From Candidatus Latescibacterota bacterium (GTDB taxonomy: Bacteria > Latescibacterota > UBA2968 > UBA8231), in the NCBI GenBank assembly GCA_965223905.1, contig CBDCXV010000010.1, positions 896,001 to 960,000 on the forward strand: a stretch of DNA of 64,000 nucleotides, written 5' to 3'. Under the pieces are notes generated by a model that had not been told where the DNA came from, did no database searches, and saw nothing but the letters and a program-made list of their open reading frames with translations. This document shows positions 29,262 to 39,720 of this stretch, one piece after another. A program made the position numbers and the translations under genes. Within the stretch, counting starts at the first letter, position 1. Each line of letters begins with the position of its first letter.

Positions 29262-31029
29262 GGTCGCCCCCTTCCGCGGCAGCGGCGCGCAGCCTCGCAG
29301 TCTCCTCCTCGTCCACCCGCCAGGCCTCCGCGTCGATGGCGACGCCGTACACGTCGCCGGCGCGTTCGAGACCGACCTTGCCCTCGCGCACGTCGGCGAG
29401 CACCGCCAGCGGATCGCGTTCGTGCGGCGGCCCGTACCCGCCCCCGCCGCAGGTGCGGTAGCTCATCACCTTCCCCGGCGCCAGGTCGAAGGTCACCTTC
29501 GAGCTCAGCTCCTCGGCCTCGCCGTCCGGGTCCAGCACGTAGCTCGCCTTGCGGCCCGGCTCGCCCCCGAACAGGCCGTGAGGCCCCCAGCGGTCGCGGT
29601 CGGCGAGCACGGTGAAGCGGACCTCGTGGCCGTAGAAGCGGTAGTCCCGCCGCAGCCCCAGGCCCCCGCGCCAGGTGCCGGCCCCGTCGGAGTCCTCGAC
29701 CAGCTCGTAGCGCACGATCCGCAGCGGGTAGTTCATCTCCGTCTCCTCGATCGGCGCGTTCTCCGTGTTCTGCCCGTGCGTCTGCACGGCGTCGGGGCCG
29801 TCGCTTCCGGCGCGGCCGCCGAAGCCGCCGGCCAGGGTCTCCAGGTAGCAGTAGTACTCGCCGCTGCGCGGGTCGGTGCCGCCGAAGCCGGCGTGGCACT
29901 GCATCGCCTTGGTTCCCGCAGGCATGCGCTCCGGGAGGGCCGGGGCCAGGGCCTTGAACATCACGTCGGTCAGCCGCGTCTGGGTCTCCCAGCCGCCGAC
30001 CACGGCCGCGGGAGCCCTGCAGTTCACCACGGTGCCCTCGGGGGCGTTCATGCGCACCTGGCCGTAGAAGCCGGCGTTGACCGGCACGTCCTCGTCGATC
30101 AGGCACTTGAGCACGAAGGCGCAGGCCGAGAAGGTCTGGGCGTAGGTCGAGTTGACCGGGGCCCGGCGCTGCGGGTCGCAGCCCTCGAGGTCGAACAGCA
30201 CCCCGTCGTCGCCGATGAGGATGCGGGCGGCCAGGGCCACCGGCTCGCCGCCGAAGCCGTCGTTGTCGATGCAGCCCTCGGCGCGGAACTCCCCTTTCGG
30301 CAGCCGGGCGAGGTCGGCGCGGGTGCGCCGCTCGGTGTAGGCGATCAGCTCGCCGGTGTAGAACGCCACTGCCTCCGCCCCGACGCGGGCGACCAGGTCG
30401 TTGACGCGGCGGATCCCGGTGTTGTTGGCGGCGATCTGGGCGCGCAGGTCGCCGGCGGTCTCCCGCTTCGAGCGGATCTGCGCCAGCACCAGCCGGAACA
30501 GGTCGGGCTCGATCTCCCCCGCCCGCACCAGCTTGACCGCGGGGATGATCACCCCCTCCTGAAACACCTCCTGGAAGGCGCCGACGCTGGCCGGGGCGCC
30601 GCCGCCGACGTCGACGTGGTGGGCGATGTTGGCGGCGTACCCGAACAGCTCGCCGCCGCAGAAGACCGGCGAGATCAGGGCGATGTCGTTGAGGTGGACG
30701 CCGCCGGCGTGGGCGTCGTTGGTCAGGATGGCGTCCCCCGGGCCGAGGTTCTCCGCCCCGTACTTCCGGACCGCCTTGGGCACCAGCTCGACCATCGACC
30801 CGAGGTGGGTGGGCTGGGCGAAGCACTGGGCCACCGCCCGCAGGTCGCGGTCGAACAGGACGCAGGAGAAGTCGGCCCGCGTCTTGATGTTGGTCGAGTA
30901 CGCCGACCGCCTGAGGGCGACGGCCATCTCCTCGGTCGCCTCCACCAGGGCATTGCGGATCACCTCGAAGGCGATGGGGTCGACGCGGCGATTCGGGGGA
31001 TTGGGACTCGAAAGCTCTGCAGCCGACAT
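29251..31029 (-). CDS. Hydantoinase B / 5-oxoprolinase subunit
   Basis: RSAYSTNIK...DFSC, HLND, HHVDVGG..P.S, QEG, GGGGYGPP.ER. Confidence 0.93.
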   Translation of the reverse strand: MSAAELSSPNPPNRRVDPIAFEVIRNALVEATEEMAVALRRSAYSTNIKTRADFSCVLFDRDLRAVAQCFAQPTHLGSMVELVPKAVRKYGAENLGPGDAILTNDAHAGGVHLNDIALISPVFCGGELFGYAANIAHHVDVGGGAPASVGAFQEVFQEGVIIPAVKLVRAGEIEPDLFRLVLAQIRSKRETAGDLRAQIAANNTGIRRVNDLVARVGAEAVAFYTGELIAYTERRTRADLARLPKGEFRAEGCIDNDGFGGEPVALAARILIGDDGVLFDLEGCDPQRRAPVNSTYAQTFSACAFVLKCLIDEDVPVNAGFYGQVRMNAPEGTVVNCRAPAAVVGGWETQTRLTDVMFKALAPALPERMPAGTKAMQCHAGFGGTDPRSGEYYCYLETLAGGFGGRAGSDGPDAVQTHGQNTENAPIEETEMNYPLRIVRYELVEDSDGAGTWRGGLGLRRDYRFYGHEVRFTVLADRDRWGPHGLFGGEPGRKASYVLDPDGEAEELSSKVTFDLAPGKVMSYRTCGGGGYGPPHERDPLAVLADVREGKVGLERAGDVYGVAIDAEAWRVDEEETARLRAAAAEGGDRGA

Positions 31030-31249
31030 TATTGACCTTTCTGCTCGCGGTGGCCGCGAGAATCGATGCGCTGATCAGGTTTCCGGCAACGTACTTTCGT
31101 CAGCTGCAAACGCCAACCCGCAATGGAGGAACCGTGCCCTTGGAATCCTCACGCGTGAGTTATCACCGTGTCCGCCATCACTGCCCCGAGACGGCCGCGG
31201 AATTGGGGAGCGGCAACGCGATACCGGGTTTCCTGCTGGAGATGAAACC

Positions 31250-32458
31250 ATGACGGTTCCCAGGGTTGCCGTCGTCGGCATGGGGGGGTTCGCCGCGGAC
31301 CACCGCTCCTGGGCGCGCGAGCTCGACGGGAAGGGAGCCATTCGGCAGGTCGCCCAGGTCGCCCCGCCCTTCGACCACCGGCCCTTCGCCGCCGACATCG
31401 CCGCCCTGCGCGAGCGCGGCGTCGCCGTGTACGACAGCCTGCGGCAGATGCTGGCGGAGCAGCGTCAGGAGATCGACCTCGTCACCATACCCACCGGCAT
31501 CCACCTGCACCGGCCGATGACGGTCGCCTGCCTCGAGGCCGGCTGCCACGTCCTGGTCGAGAAGCCGGCCTCCGGCTCGATCCAGGATACCGACGCCATG
31601 ATCCGCGCCGAAGAGCAGTCGGGGCTGCGGGTCACCGTCGGCTACCAGCACCTGTACCGCGACGATGTCGCCCGGCTCAAGGAGTGGATCTGCGCCGGCC
31701 GTTTCGGGGCGGTGCGGCGGATCAAGGCGTTCGGGAGCTGGCCGCGCGGCCTCGTGTACTACGGCCGCAACCGCTGGGCAGGCCGCTACGGCGTCGGCGA
31801 CCGCTGGGTTCTCGACGCCCCGCACCAGAACGCGATGGCCCACGCCGTCAACCTCATGTGCTACCTCGGCTGCGAGCGCCCGCGGCAGTCGCTGACCCCG
31901 GAGTCGATCCGGGCCGAGCTCTACCGCTGCAACGCCATCCGCAGCGCCGACTCCGTCTCCCTGCGCATGCGGTCCGCGGAAGGGGCCGAGGTCTTCTTCG
32001 CCGCCAGCCACTGCACCGACGAGCTACTCGACACCGTCTTCGTGCTGGAAGCGGAGAAGGCGACGATCACCCTCGAGTACGAGGGGGGCGGCGCCATCGA
32101 ATGGTCCGGCGGCGGGCGGGAACCGCTGCCGGTTCCCGAAGCCGCGGTCACCGACGTGCTGGAAAAGGCGGCGGCCCTCGCCACCGGCGGGCTCGACCTG
32201 CCTCCCTGCCCGCTCGCCGTCGCCAGGGCCCAGACCCTGTGCACATGCGGCAGCTTCGAGTCCTCAGCGGTACACGAGCTGCCCGGCCGCGAGCTGCGTG
32301 AAGGCACCGTCGTCTTCCCCGGAATGAAGGAGGCGGTGCTGCGGGCGTTCGCGGAAGCGGCGCTGTTCTCGGAGCTGTCCCTGCCCTGGGCGCGGGCCGG
32401 CGACGAGGTCGACCTGCGGGGGTACGGGTACTACCCGGCCTTTCGCCCGCCTCCCTGA
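31250..32458 (+). CDS. Gfo/Idh/MocA oxidoreductase
   Basis: VAVVGMGGF, IPTGIHLH, HVLVEKP, YYGRNRWAG. Confidence 0.9.
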   Translation: MTVPRVAVVGMGGFAADHRSWARELDGKGAIRQVAQVAPPFDHRPFAADIAALRERGVAVYDSLRQMLAEQRQEIDLVTIPTGIHLHRPMTVACLEAGCHVLVEKPASGSIQDTDAMIRAEEQSGLRVTVGYQHLYRDDVARLKEWICAGRFGAVRRIKAFGSWPRGLVYYGRNRWAGRYGVGDRWVLDAPHQNAMAHAVNLMCYLGCERPRQSLTPESIRAELYRCNAIRSADSVSLRMRSAEGAEVFFAASHCTDELLDTVFVLEAEKATITLEYEGGGAIEWSGGGREPLPVPEAAVTDVLEKAAALATGGLDLPPCPLAVARAQTLCTCGSFESSAVHELPGRELREGTVVFPGMKEAVLRAFAEAALFSELSLPWARAGDEVDLRGYGYYPAFRPPP

Positions 32459-32646
32459 GTCCTCCCTCCCTCACCCCCTGCGGGCCGGACAGCAGGGGCG
32501 CTGCCATTGCATCCCCGGTGGACCGTTTCAGCAACCCGCCCACCGCGCGGGGCAGGCTCCAAGGCTGACATCCGGCCGACTCTGGACAGGAACCGTGCCG
32601 TTGGCATATGTTGCCGGCCTATGCTTCCAACGACGGAGAGAACCGC

Positions 32647-32880
32647 ATGACCATCGAGCGACGCGTCAGGCTTTTCAGGAACGGACGCAACCAGGCGGTG
32701 CGCATCCCCAGGCAGTTCGAGCTGCCGGGGAAGGAGGCCGTCATGCGCAAGGAAGGGGACTGCATCATCATCGAGCCGGCAGCGAAACGATCCTTGCTGG
32801 AGATCCTGGCCGGACTCGAGCCCCTGAGTGAGGAGTTCCCGCCGGTAGACGACCTCCCTCCCGAAGGGGTCGAACTCTGA
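32647..32880 (+). CDS. vapB: AbrB/MazE-fold antitoxin (VapB/VagC-like)
   Basis: LFRNGRNQAVRIPRQFELPG; 1-nt overlap with the PIN toxin. Confidence 0.88.
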   Translation: MTIERRVRLFRNGRNQAVRIPRQFELPGKEAVMRKEGDCIIIEPAAKRSLLEILAGLEPLSEEFPPVDDLPPEGVEL

Positions 32881-33278
32881 TGCCCTACCTGCTCGACACC
32901 AACATCCTGTCCGACCTCGTCCGCAACCCACAGGGCCGTGTTGCCGAGCGCATCGGGGAAGTGGGAGACTCCGAAGTCTGCACGAGCATCGTCGTCACGG
33001 CAGAACTCCGCTACGGCGCCGCCAGGAAGGGGTCTCAACGGCTTGCGACCCAGTTGGAAGCCGTGCTCGGAGCGCTGGAGGTATTGCCGTTCGAGGCCCA
33101 CGCCGACGTCACCTACGGCCGGCTGCGCTGCCGGCTGGAAGCCAGGGGGCAGCCGATCGGGGGCAACGATCTGCTGATCGCCGCACAGGCCCTTTCTTCC
33201 GGGCACATTCTCGTCACCGACAACGAACGGGAGTTTTCGCGCGTAGACGGCCTGCTGCGGGAGAACTGGCTGCGGTAG
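32880..33278 (+). CDS. vapC: VapC PIN-domain toxin
   Basis: YLLDTNI, ELRYG, IGGNDLLIAAQA, LVTDNEREFSRV.GL..ENW. Confidence 0.92.
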   Translation: MPYLLDTNILSDLVRNPQGRVAERIGEVGDSEVCTSIVVTAELRYGAARKGSQRLATQLEAVLGALEVLPFEAHADVTYGRLRCRLEARGQPIGGNDLLIAAQALSSGHILVTDNEREFSRVDGLLRENWLR

Positions 33279-33314
33279 GCCGGCGTCCTCGCGGTCTTCC
33301 CGGGCCCCTCCCGG

Positions 33315-35813
33315 TCAGTGGGGCAGGCCGAGCTTGTGCATGCGCCGGTGGATGGCCTCGCGCGCCTCGGCGAACGGCCGCTCGAGGTAGGCGCCGTGAT
33401 CGGCTTCGCCGTGGTGGTGGGTCGCCGTCCCCACCTCGTGCTGGCGGCTGGTGTTGCGGATGTACTCGATGCAGCCGTCGACCAGGGTCAGCATGTAGGT
33501 CGCCGTCTCCTGGTCGAACATCCACCATTCCCCGCCGCAGGCGACGTAGACCGGGGAGGTGTGCGCGAAGATGCCGCGGCCCCAGCCGTCGTAATGCGGC
33601 ACCGACTGGTACCCCGGGCCGGCGACCCGCGCCGCAAGCCAGGAGTGGCCGTTGATCTCCGCCTTCCCCCTGAGGGTGAGCCGGCGCGCGCCCTTCGGCT
33701 CCGACGCCTCCGCCACCACTCGCCCCTCCTGGACCACCTGCAGGCAGTGGACGGGGAAGATGCACTCCGCCTCGGCCTCGAACTCCAGGGTGCCGCCGTT
33801 GCCCGGCAGCTCGACGGTGTCGCCGATCTCGCGGCCGTCGACGCGGAACTTCAGCATCGGCCCGCCGCTGTGGACGGTGCGGCCCGCGGCCACCGCCCGG
33901 CACCAGTTGTCGTAGGTGAACTCCTCCCCTTCGCCGAGCCTTGCGTAGGTGCGGTAGATGCCGACCGGAACGTCGCTCGACATCTTGTCGGTGCCGCCGA
34001 CCAGGGGAAGCTTGTAACCGCAGTTGAGGTAGCGGTAGTACTCGTGGTGGTTGAACTCGGCGTGGCGCAGCATCTCGACGGCGTCCGCCCTGCCGGTGGC
34101 AATCAGGGCCGCGGGCTCGCCGTTGGGGTTCGGCAGGTGGGGAATCACCACCGTCCCTCCCTGCGCATGGGTGCGGTCCGCCCAGTCCGACATGGTCACC
34201 TCGAGGGTGCCGCCCATCTCCGCCTCCCCGGGGCCGTCCGAGCACCAGGGCATGACCGGCTCCTTGAGGCCCCACAGAATCAGGTGGCCGAGGAAGTGCT
34301 GCCTGTTCTCCTGCGACACGTAGACGATGCTGTTGCCGTCGTCGGAGACGCTGGGAGCGCCGGTGAACTCCTGCTTGTCGGTGAACAGGGTCCCCCACTG
34401 CGACTGCAACATGTTGACGACGTTGAGGTCCTCGGCGTTGGCCTCGGTGTGGCTCCCCTGGGCCGACAGGAAGTGGACGTGGGAGTCGCCGCTGTACCAG
34501 CCCTCGGCGTTCATGTGGCACCAGCGCTTCAGGCGCAGCTCCAGCTCCCGCTGCCCCGGTTTCAGCTCGAGCCTGCGCCGGATCGGCTCGTACTCGAACC
34601 CCCGCGCCACATCGACGATCACCTCCCCGCGCGGCAGCCAGCCCTGGCAGGTGCCGTCGATGTAGGCGTAGGAAGCCTGGCCGAGGCGCAGGTCGCCGCC
34701 GACGTCGAAGTGCCAGGTGCCGTTGTTGGAGTTGACGTGGGCGTGGTGCCCGTGGGGGGCGTACGCCACCCCGCGCGGCGAGCGGAAGTGGATGCGGCAG
34801 GGGACCGGCCGCCCGGTGTCGTCGTCGATCACCCGGGTGTGCACCCAGTTGCGGCCATCGTCGACGACCTCGACGCGGACCCTCGAACCGGACTCCGCCC
34901 GGCCCTCGGCGAGCACCTTCCCCCAGTTGACCTCTCCCAGGGTCTCCTCCCCCTGCTTCACGGTCACCGTCGCCGAAGGCGAGGCGGCGATCTCGACCTG
35001 GGACGGACTGCTCTTCTCGTTCTGCGGCTCCCCCCACCCCTTGCGGTCGCCGGCGACGAACTCGCCGGCCGGCTTCTCGGGCAGCGGGTACGGGTAGGTC
35101 GCCACCCCGCGGTCGACCCCGACCTCGAGATCGAACGGCTTTTCCGCGTCCTCCGGCTGTGGCAGGGTGACGACGACGTCGCGCAAACCCTGGCGGCAGA
35201 CCGGCTCCTCGTCTGCGCGGCTTGTGGTGATGCCGCCGACGGCGAGGACCCGCGGGCCCGGAACCACCTCGATCGCAACCAGCTCCTTCTCCGGGGAGGG
35301 GTTCTGCCACCACCAGAGGACGAACCAGCGCGGCGACGCGCGCTCCACCTCGGTCTGGCGGCGCCCGGCGTCGCTCCAGCTTCCCTCCCAGCGCGGCAGC
35401 AGCTGATCGCCGCAATCGGGAACGGCGAGAAACGGGGAGCCCCCGTCCGGCGGCACCGTGCAGATCTCGAAGCGCTCCCGCACGGGAACGGCGTGCGATT
35501 CCCCGCCGGCGAGGTGGAAGACGTAGGAGCCGACCTCCTCGCCGACCGGACCGCCCGCGGAGATCCTCGATTCCACCAGGCGGTGGGCGAAGACGACGTA
35601 GCGCGCCGGGCTGCCCACAGGTATCGAGACCGGCTCGGTCGCGTGCCCGGGCCCGGCGGCCAGCAGGCAGCTGGCCGGCTCCGCGCCGGTGCCGCCGATG
35701 GAGAACGGCAGCCCTTGGAAGGTCCGGTCCCCGGCCGGAAAATCACCGCCTCCGAAAAGGTCCGCCCCTGCGTTCCGCACCCCTGCCAGGTCGATCGGTT
35801 CGTAGTCCCTCAT
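33315..35813 (-). CDS. CehA/McbA-family PHP metallohydrolase
   Basis: RGFEYEP, GWYSGDSHVH, QENR...GH, YYRYLNCG..LP.VGGTD, AHTSPVYV. Confidence 0.82.
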   Translation of the reverse strand: MRDYEPIDLAGVRNAGADLFGGGDFPAGDRTFQGLPFSIGGTGAEPASCLLAAGPGHATEPVSIPVGSPARYVVFAHRLVESRISAGGPVGEEVGSYVFHLAGGESHAVPVRERFEICTVPPDGGSPFLAVPDCGDQLLPRWEGSWSDAGRRQTEVERASPRWFVLWWWQNPSPEKELVAIEVVPGPRVLAVGGITTSRADEEPVCRQGLRDVVVTLPQPEDAEKPFDLEVGVDRGVATYPYPLPEKPAGEFVAGDRKGWGEPQNEKSSPSQVEIAASPSATVTVKQGEETLGEVNWGKVLAEGRAESGSRVRVEVVDDGRNWVHTRVIDDDTGRPVPCRIHFRSPRGVAYAPHGHHAHVNSNNGTWHFDVGGDLRLGQASYAYIDGTCQGWLPRGEVIVDVARGFEYEPIRRRLELKPGQRELELRLKRWCHMNAEGWYSGDSHVHFLSAQGSHTEANAEDLNVVNMLQSQWGTLFTDKQEFTGAPSVSDDGNSIVYVSQENRQHFLGHLILWGLKEPVMPWCSDGPGEAEMGGTLEVTMSDWADRTHAQGGTVVIPHLPNPNGEPAALIATGRADAVEMLRHAEFNHHEYYRYLNCGYKLPLVGGTDKMSSDVPVGIYRTYARLGEGEEFTYDNWCRAVAAGRTVHSGGPMLKFRVDGREIGDTVELPGNGGTLEFEAEAECIFPVHCLQVVQEGRVVAEASEPKGARRLTLRGKAEINGHSWLAARVAGPGYQSVPHYDGWGRGIFAHTSPVYVACGGEWWMFDQETATYMLTLVDGCIEYIRNTSRQHEVGTATHHHGEADHGAYLERPFAEAREAIHRRMHKLGLPH

Positions 35814-35932
35814 TTGTCCATCTCCTGTCGTATCATCGGTTTCATTGCATGAATGTCTCAGGCGCCGGGATGCCCCGGCCACTGGCCGCGGCCACAGGCC
35901 GGCCCCCATTTGCCTGCTCGTGCGCCCGGCCG

Positions 35933-36661
35933 CTACAGGCCCGCCTGTTCCAGCATGTGCCCGACCAGCTCGACCGAGCGCTCGATGCAGTCGCGTCCGT
36001 GATCCGCGGTGGCGTCGCGCGGGTCCTCGCCGCCGACCCCCTGGGGCCAGACCTCGCGGTCGGGATCCAGGGCCCCGAGGTCGACGAGCTCGGGCCGCAG
36101 GGCCATCACCAGCGACGTCTCGTTGCGGGCGGCGTGGTCGATCTGGCTCTTCCACTCCCCGGCCACCTCTTCGGTGACCCCGAGCAGCTCGAGCCCGAAG
36201 CGCGCCTTGCGCTCTTCGAGGTGGGTCACCCAGGAGCGGCGCGAGGGGCCGTGGCCGTCGGCGAAGACCGCCTTGAAGCCGGCCCGCTTCACCTGCTCGA
36301 GGACGGCGTCGACGAGGGCGAGGAACAGCCCCTGCGAGACCCAGTAGCAGCTGCCGTCGAGCTGCCGGTTCGGCGCCGTCGCCCCGGCCATGTCCATCCC
36401 CTGCAGGAAGCTGCCGTCCTGCTGCCGCGAAGCGCGGTCGGGTCCCAGGTGAATCGGCGGCAGCACGATCCCCCCGAAGCGGCGCGCGCACTCGCACATC
36501 ACCCCCTCGCTGATGATGGCGTCGCTTCCGAGCGGCAGCTGCTCGCCGTGCCACTCCAGGGTTCCCAGCGGCAGGTAGGCCAGGGGCCGCTGCGCCAGGC
36601 GTTCGCGGAACTCCTGCGGCCGCAGCTCGGCGTAGCGCACCTTGTCGGACACGCTCATCAT
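35933..36661 (-). CDS. Creatininase-family amidohydrolase
   Basis: YLPLGTLEWHG..LPLGSD, GHG, DHAARNETS. Confidence 0.88.
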   Translation of the reverse strand: MMSVSDKVRYAELRPQEFRERLAQRPLAYLPLGTLEWHGEQLPLGSDAIISEGVMCECARRFGGIVLPPIHLGPDRASRQQDGSFLQGMDMAGATAPNRQLDGSCYWVSQGLFLALVDAVLEQVKRAGFKAVFADGHGPSRRSWVTHLEERKARFGLELLGVTEEVAGEWKSQIDHAARNETSLVMALRPELVDLGALDPDREVWPQGVGGEDPRDATADHGRDCIERSVELVGHMLEQAGL

Positions 36662-38529
36662 CCCTCCTCGCTGACGCGGGCGAAGCCATCGGGCGCCCTC
36701 ATGTTCGCGGCGGCGGCGCGGATCCAGGCGCCGGAGCGGACGCGCTCCTCGACCCGCAGGTGGACGACCTCGCCGTCGAGGCGGCTGCAGCCGTCGAGCT
36801 CGCCGACCTGCACCCCGGCGCCGCTGGCCGCAAGGTCTCCCTTTCCCTTCGCGGTCGCCGCGAGCCGTCCGTCGATGTAGAGCCGCGCCTCCCCGCCGTC
36901 GTACACCCCGGCGACGTGATGCCACCCCGGCCCGGGGTTGCCGTTGGCGCGCGCGCTCACCGGACCGGTCTTGGTGTTGACGGTGAACACCGGGCCGGGC
37001 AGCGAGGCCCCGAGGCCGCCGTTGTGGCCGCAGTCCATGTACTTGAGCAGGAACCGCGCCCCGTCGCCGGCGGTGTCGTAGCGCAGCACCTGCCCGTGCG
37101 GAAAGATCGTGCCGTCCCCGGTCGGGTCGCCCGGCTCCCCGTCCTTGCGCCACGGCGCGAAGTAGAGGAAACGGCCGTCGAAGGCGCCGCCGTTGAAGCC
37201 GCCGGGATTGGGGGGCGCCAGCAGCGAGCCGTCCGCGGCGCTCCAGGCCTCCCCGTCGGCGAAGCCCTTGCTGGTGTCGTAGCGCAGCAGCTCGCAGTGG
37301 AAGCCGCTCTCGTCGGCGCCGCCGTTGTAGAACGGGACGAAGTACACGTAGCGGCCGTCGAACAGGGCGCCGTCGAAGCCGCGGCAGTCCAGGCCGGAGG
37401 TCCCGGCGACGTCGCGCGACTCCCAGCTCGCCCCCGCATCGAACGGGGCCTCGGTGTCGAAGCGCACCACCGCGGTGTTGTCGCCGTAGGGCACGTAGTA
37501 CACGTGGCGGCCGTCGAACACCGCCCCGTCGTAGCAGGAGCAGGCCACGCCGCCGGTATCGCCGGCGTCCCAGGTCTCGTAGCTGCCCGCCTCGGCGAAC
37601 GGCGCCGTGGTGTCGTAGCGGATCACCAGCCCGCTGCCGCCGCCGCCGTCGCCGTCGTATCCCGGGACGTAGTACACGTAGCGGCCGTCGAAGGCGCAGC
37701 CCTGGGAGGAGCGCGCCACCCCGAGATCGAAGGCCGACCACGCCGCCGGATCGCGGAAGTCGCCGTTGCCGGCATCGTAGCGCAGCATGACGCTGTGGAG
37801 CTTCCCGGCGCTGTTGTGGCGCGGCGCGTAGAAGACGTAGCGGCCGGTGCAGGCGACCCCGTAGTACCCGGTCGTGTCGAGCCCGGAGGTCCTGCCGGCG
37901 TCGTACGCCGACCAGCTTCCCGGGTCGTCGAAGCCGCCGTGGGTGTCGTAGCGCAGCGCCGTTCCGTGGCGCCCCGCGGTGTTGCACTGCGGCGAGAAGT
38001 AGACGTAGCGGCCGTCGCACATCGCCCCGAAGAACCCCCGCGTCTCCAGGCCGTCGGTGGCGCCGGCGTCGTAGGTGGCGAAGCGCTCGAGAGCGGCGGC
38101 CAGCGGCCACTGCGAGGCGATCACCTGCATCTGTTCGGCACGGGACTCCCCGGCGTGGATCCAGGATTCGACGGTCAGGGCGCTGCCGCCGCGGTTTCCG
38201 TCGCTCGATTTGTCCGTCGCCTGCGGAGATTCTTCTGAAACGGGGAACCGGCAGCTCCGGGTGAACGGGTCTTCCCGGCCTCCGGAACCGCTGCCCCCGG
38301 GCGCGGCGAAGAAGACGGTGTCGGCCGCCGCGGTCACCTCGGGCAGGAGCACCCGGACCAGGGATTCCCCGGGGGTTCCGAACGGGACGCTCGGAAGCTC
38401 CCTGCCCTGTGAGTCGGTGAAGGTGAGGCCGCCTGCCGCCGCGGCCTCCGGCAGCCTGACGACCACCGGGAAGTCCGCCAGGTCCGCGGCCACGGCCCCC
38501 GCGGCGATGGTGATGCGCAGCCGCTTCAT
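36658..38529 (-). CDS. LamG/concanavalin domain protein with an inserted kelch-like beta-propeller
   Basis: LTVESWI ... WHHVAGVYDGGEARLYIDG flank six (F/C)DGRYVY(F/Y)xP...RYD(T) repeats. Confidence 0.75.
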   Translation of the reverse strand: MKRLRITIAAGAVAADLADFPVVVRLPEAAAAGGLTFTDSQGRELPSVPFGTPGESLVRVLLPEVTAAADTVFFAAPGGSGSGGREDPFTRSCRFPVSEESPQATDKSSDGNRGGSALTVESWIHAGESRAEQMQVIASQWPLAAALERFATYDAGATDGLETRGFFGAMCDGRYVYFSPQCNTAGRHGTALRYDTHGGFDDPGSWSAYDAGRTSGLDTTGYYGVACTGRYVFYAPRHNSAGKLHSVMLRYDAGNGDFRDPAAWSAFDLGVARSSQGCAFDGRYVYYVPGYDGDGGGGSGLVIRYDTTAPFAEAGSYETWDAGDTGGVACSCYDGAVFDGRHVYYVPYGDNTAVVRFDTEAPFDAGASWESRDVAGTSGLDCRGFDGALFDGRYVYFVPFYNGGADESGFHCELLRYDTSKGFADGEAWSAADGSLLAPPNPGGFNGGAFDGRFLYFAPWRKDGEPGDPTGDGTIFPHGQVLRYDTAGDGARFLLKYMDCGHNGGLGASLPGPVFTVNTKTGPVSARANGNPGPGWHHVAGVYDGGEARLYIDGRLAATAKGKGDLAASGAGVQVGELDGCSRLDGEVVHLRVEERVRSGAWIRAAAANMRAPDGFARVSEEG

Positions 38530-38563
38530 GGTATCGGTGCCGCGGACCGGGTGGCCGGCTCCC

Positions 38564-39556
38564 TCAGCCCCCGACCGCCCGCATGAGAGTCTCCTGGACC
38601 AGCAGCTCGTGCTCGTACGGCCGGTCAGGCTCGCGCTCGCCGGAGATCGCCGCCAGGAAGGCGACCAGCTCCTCGTCGTAGCAGCCCTGGCGGTCGCGGC
38701 CCTCCATCTCGACGACCTGGGCTCCCTTGCGGAAGCCGCCGCGGTCCTCGTCGAGACAGAGCCGCACCCGGTCCCCCGGCTCGAACGGCTCGACGATGAT
38801 GGCGCTGCCCCGGGTGCCGTAGACCTCGAAGCGGCGCGCCATCGGCGCCGTCTCCATGGCGGCGATGTCGACTACGGCGACCGCCTTCTCGAACTCGTAC
38901 ACGCCGACGGTGTTGTCGCTGAATTCGGGGACCTCGCCGCTGTCGTTGCGCAGGAAGGCCGTGACCCTTTCCGGGCGGCCGAGCATCCAGACGATCTGGT
39001 CTAGCATGTGGCCGGCCAGGTCGTAGTGGACGCCGCCGCGGTGAGCCGCGGCGATGCGCTCGCGCGCCTCTGCCGGAACGCTCGTCGACATGTGGGCCCG
39101 CACCGAGAAGACGTCGCCGAGAAACCCCGAGCGCGCCCACTCCGTCACCTGCCGGAACAGCGGATTGTAGCGCAGCATGTACCCCATCTGCACCACCAGG
39201 CTGCCGGCGCGCGCCGCGGCGATCACGCGCTCCCACTGCCCGTAGTCGTCGCCGGCCGGCTTGTCGTACCAGACGTGCTTGCCCGCGTCGACGATCTGCC
39301 CGGTCTGGCCGAGGCTGTTCGAGTTGCGCCCCTCCGAGGCGACGGCGGCGACGCTGTCGTCGGCGAGCATCTCCTCGGCGCTTTCGTACCAGTGCAGGCC
39401 CTCGTACTCCGGGTTGCCTGAGAACATCCGGCGCTCCTCTTCATCCGGCTCGAAAACCCCGGCAACCTCGACGCCGTCGTTCGTCCTCATCGAACGCATC
39501 TTGCCGGCGGCGTGCCCGTGCCCGATGCCGAGCTGGGCCATGCGCACTTTTCCCAT
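38564..39556 (-). CDS. Gfo/Idh/MocA oxidoreductase
   Basis: QLGIGHGHA, GKHVWYDKP, QMGYMLRYNP, DLAGH. Confidence 0.9.
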   Translation of the reverse strand: MGKVRMAQLGIGHGHAAGKMRSMRTNDGVEVAGVFEPDEEERRMFSGNPEYEGLHWYESAEEMLADDSVAAVASEGRNSNSLGQTGQIVDAGKHVWYDKPAGDDYGQWERVIAAARAGSLVVQMGYMLRYNPLFRQVTEWARSGFLGDVFSVRAHMSTSVPAEARERIAAAHRGGVHYDLAGHMLDQIVWMLGRPERVTAFLRNDSGEVPEFSDNTVGVYEFEKAVAVVDIAAMETAPMARRFEVYGTRGSAIIVEPFEPGDRVRLCLDEDRGGFRKGAQVVEMEGRDRQGCYDEELVAFLAAISGEREPDRPYEHELLVQETLMRAVGG

Positions 39557-39562
39557 GTCCTT

Positions 39563-39720
39563 CTACTCTCCCTGTGTGTCGATCAGAACCTTCATCAGCT
39601 CGCCGCCCGCCTCGATCTCCTCGAAGACGCCCTGGAGGTCGCCGAGCCCCCGGCGCGCCGAGATCAGGCGCTCGAGCGGCAGCTCGCCGGAGGCGACCAT
39701 CGCTATGGCGGCGTCGTAGT
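39563..39720 (-). pseudogene. 3' part of a Zn-dependent alcohol/sugar dehydrogenase split by the transposon
   Basis: YDAAIAMVASGELPLERLIS...MKVLID continues in frame from the 5' part at 46720-47589 once the element and one TSD copy are removed. Confidence 0.93.

Noticed and set aside
32647-33278. VapBC as a novel system
   Set aside because: Canonical type II toxin-antitoxin pair; listed as features only
35814-36689. N-terminal extension making the CehA ORF 1124 aa
   Set aside because: Arg/Gly/Pro-rich off-frame reading of the creatininase gene; ATG 35813 has its own GGAG RBS
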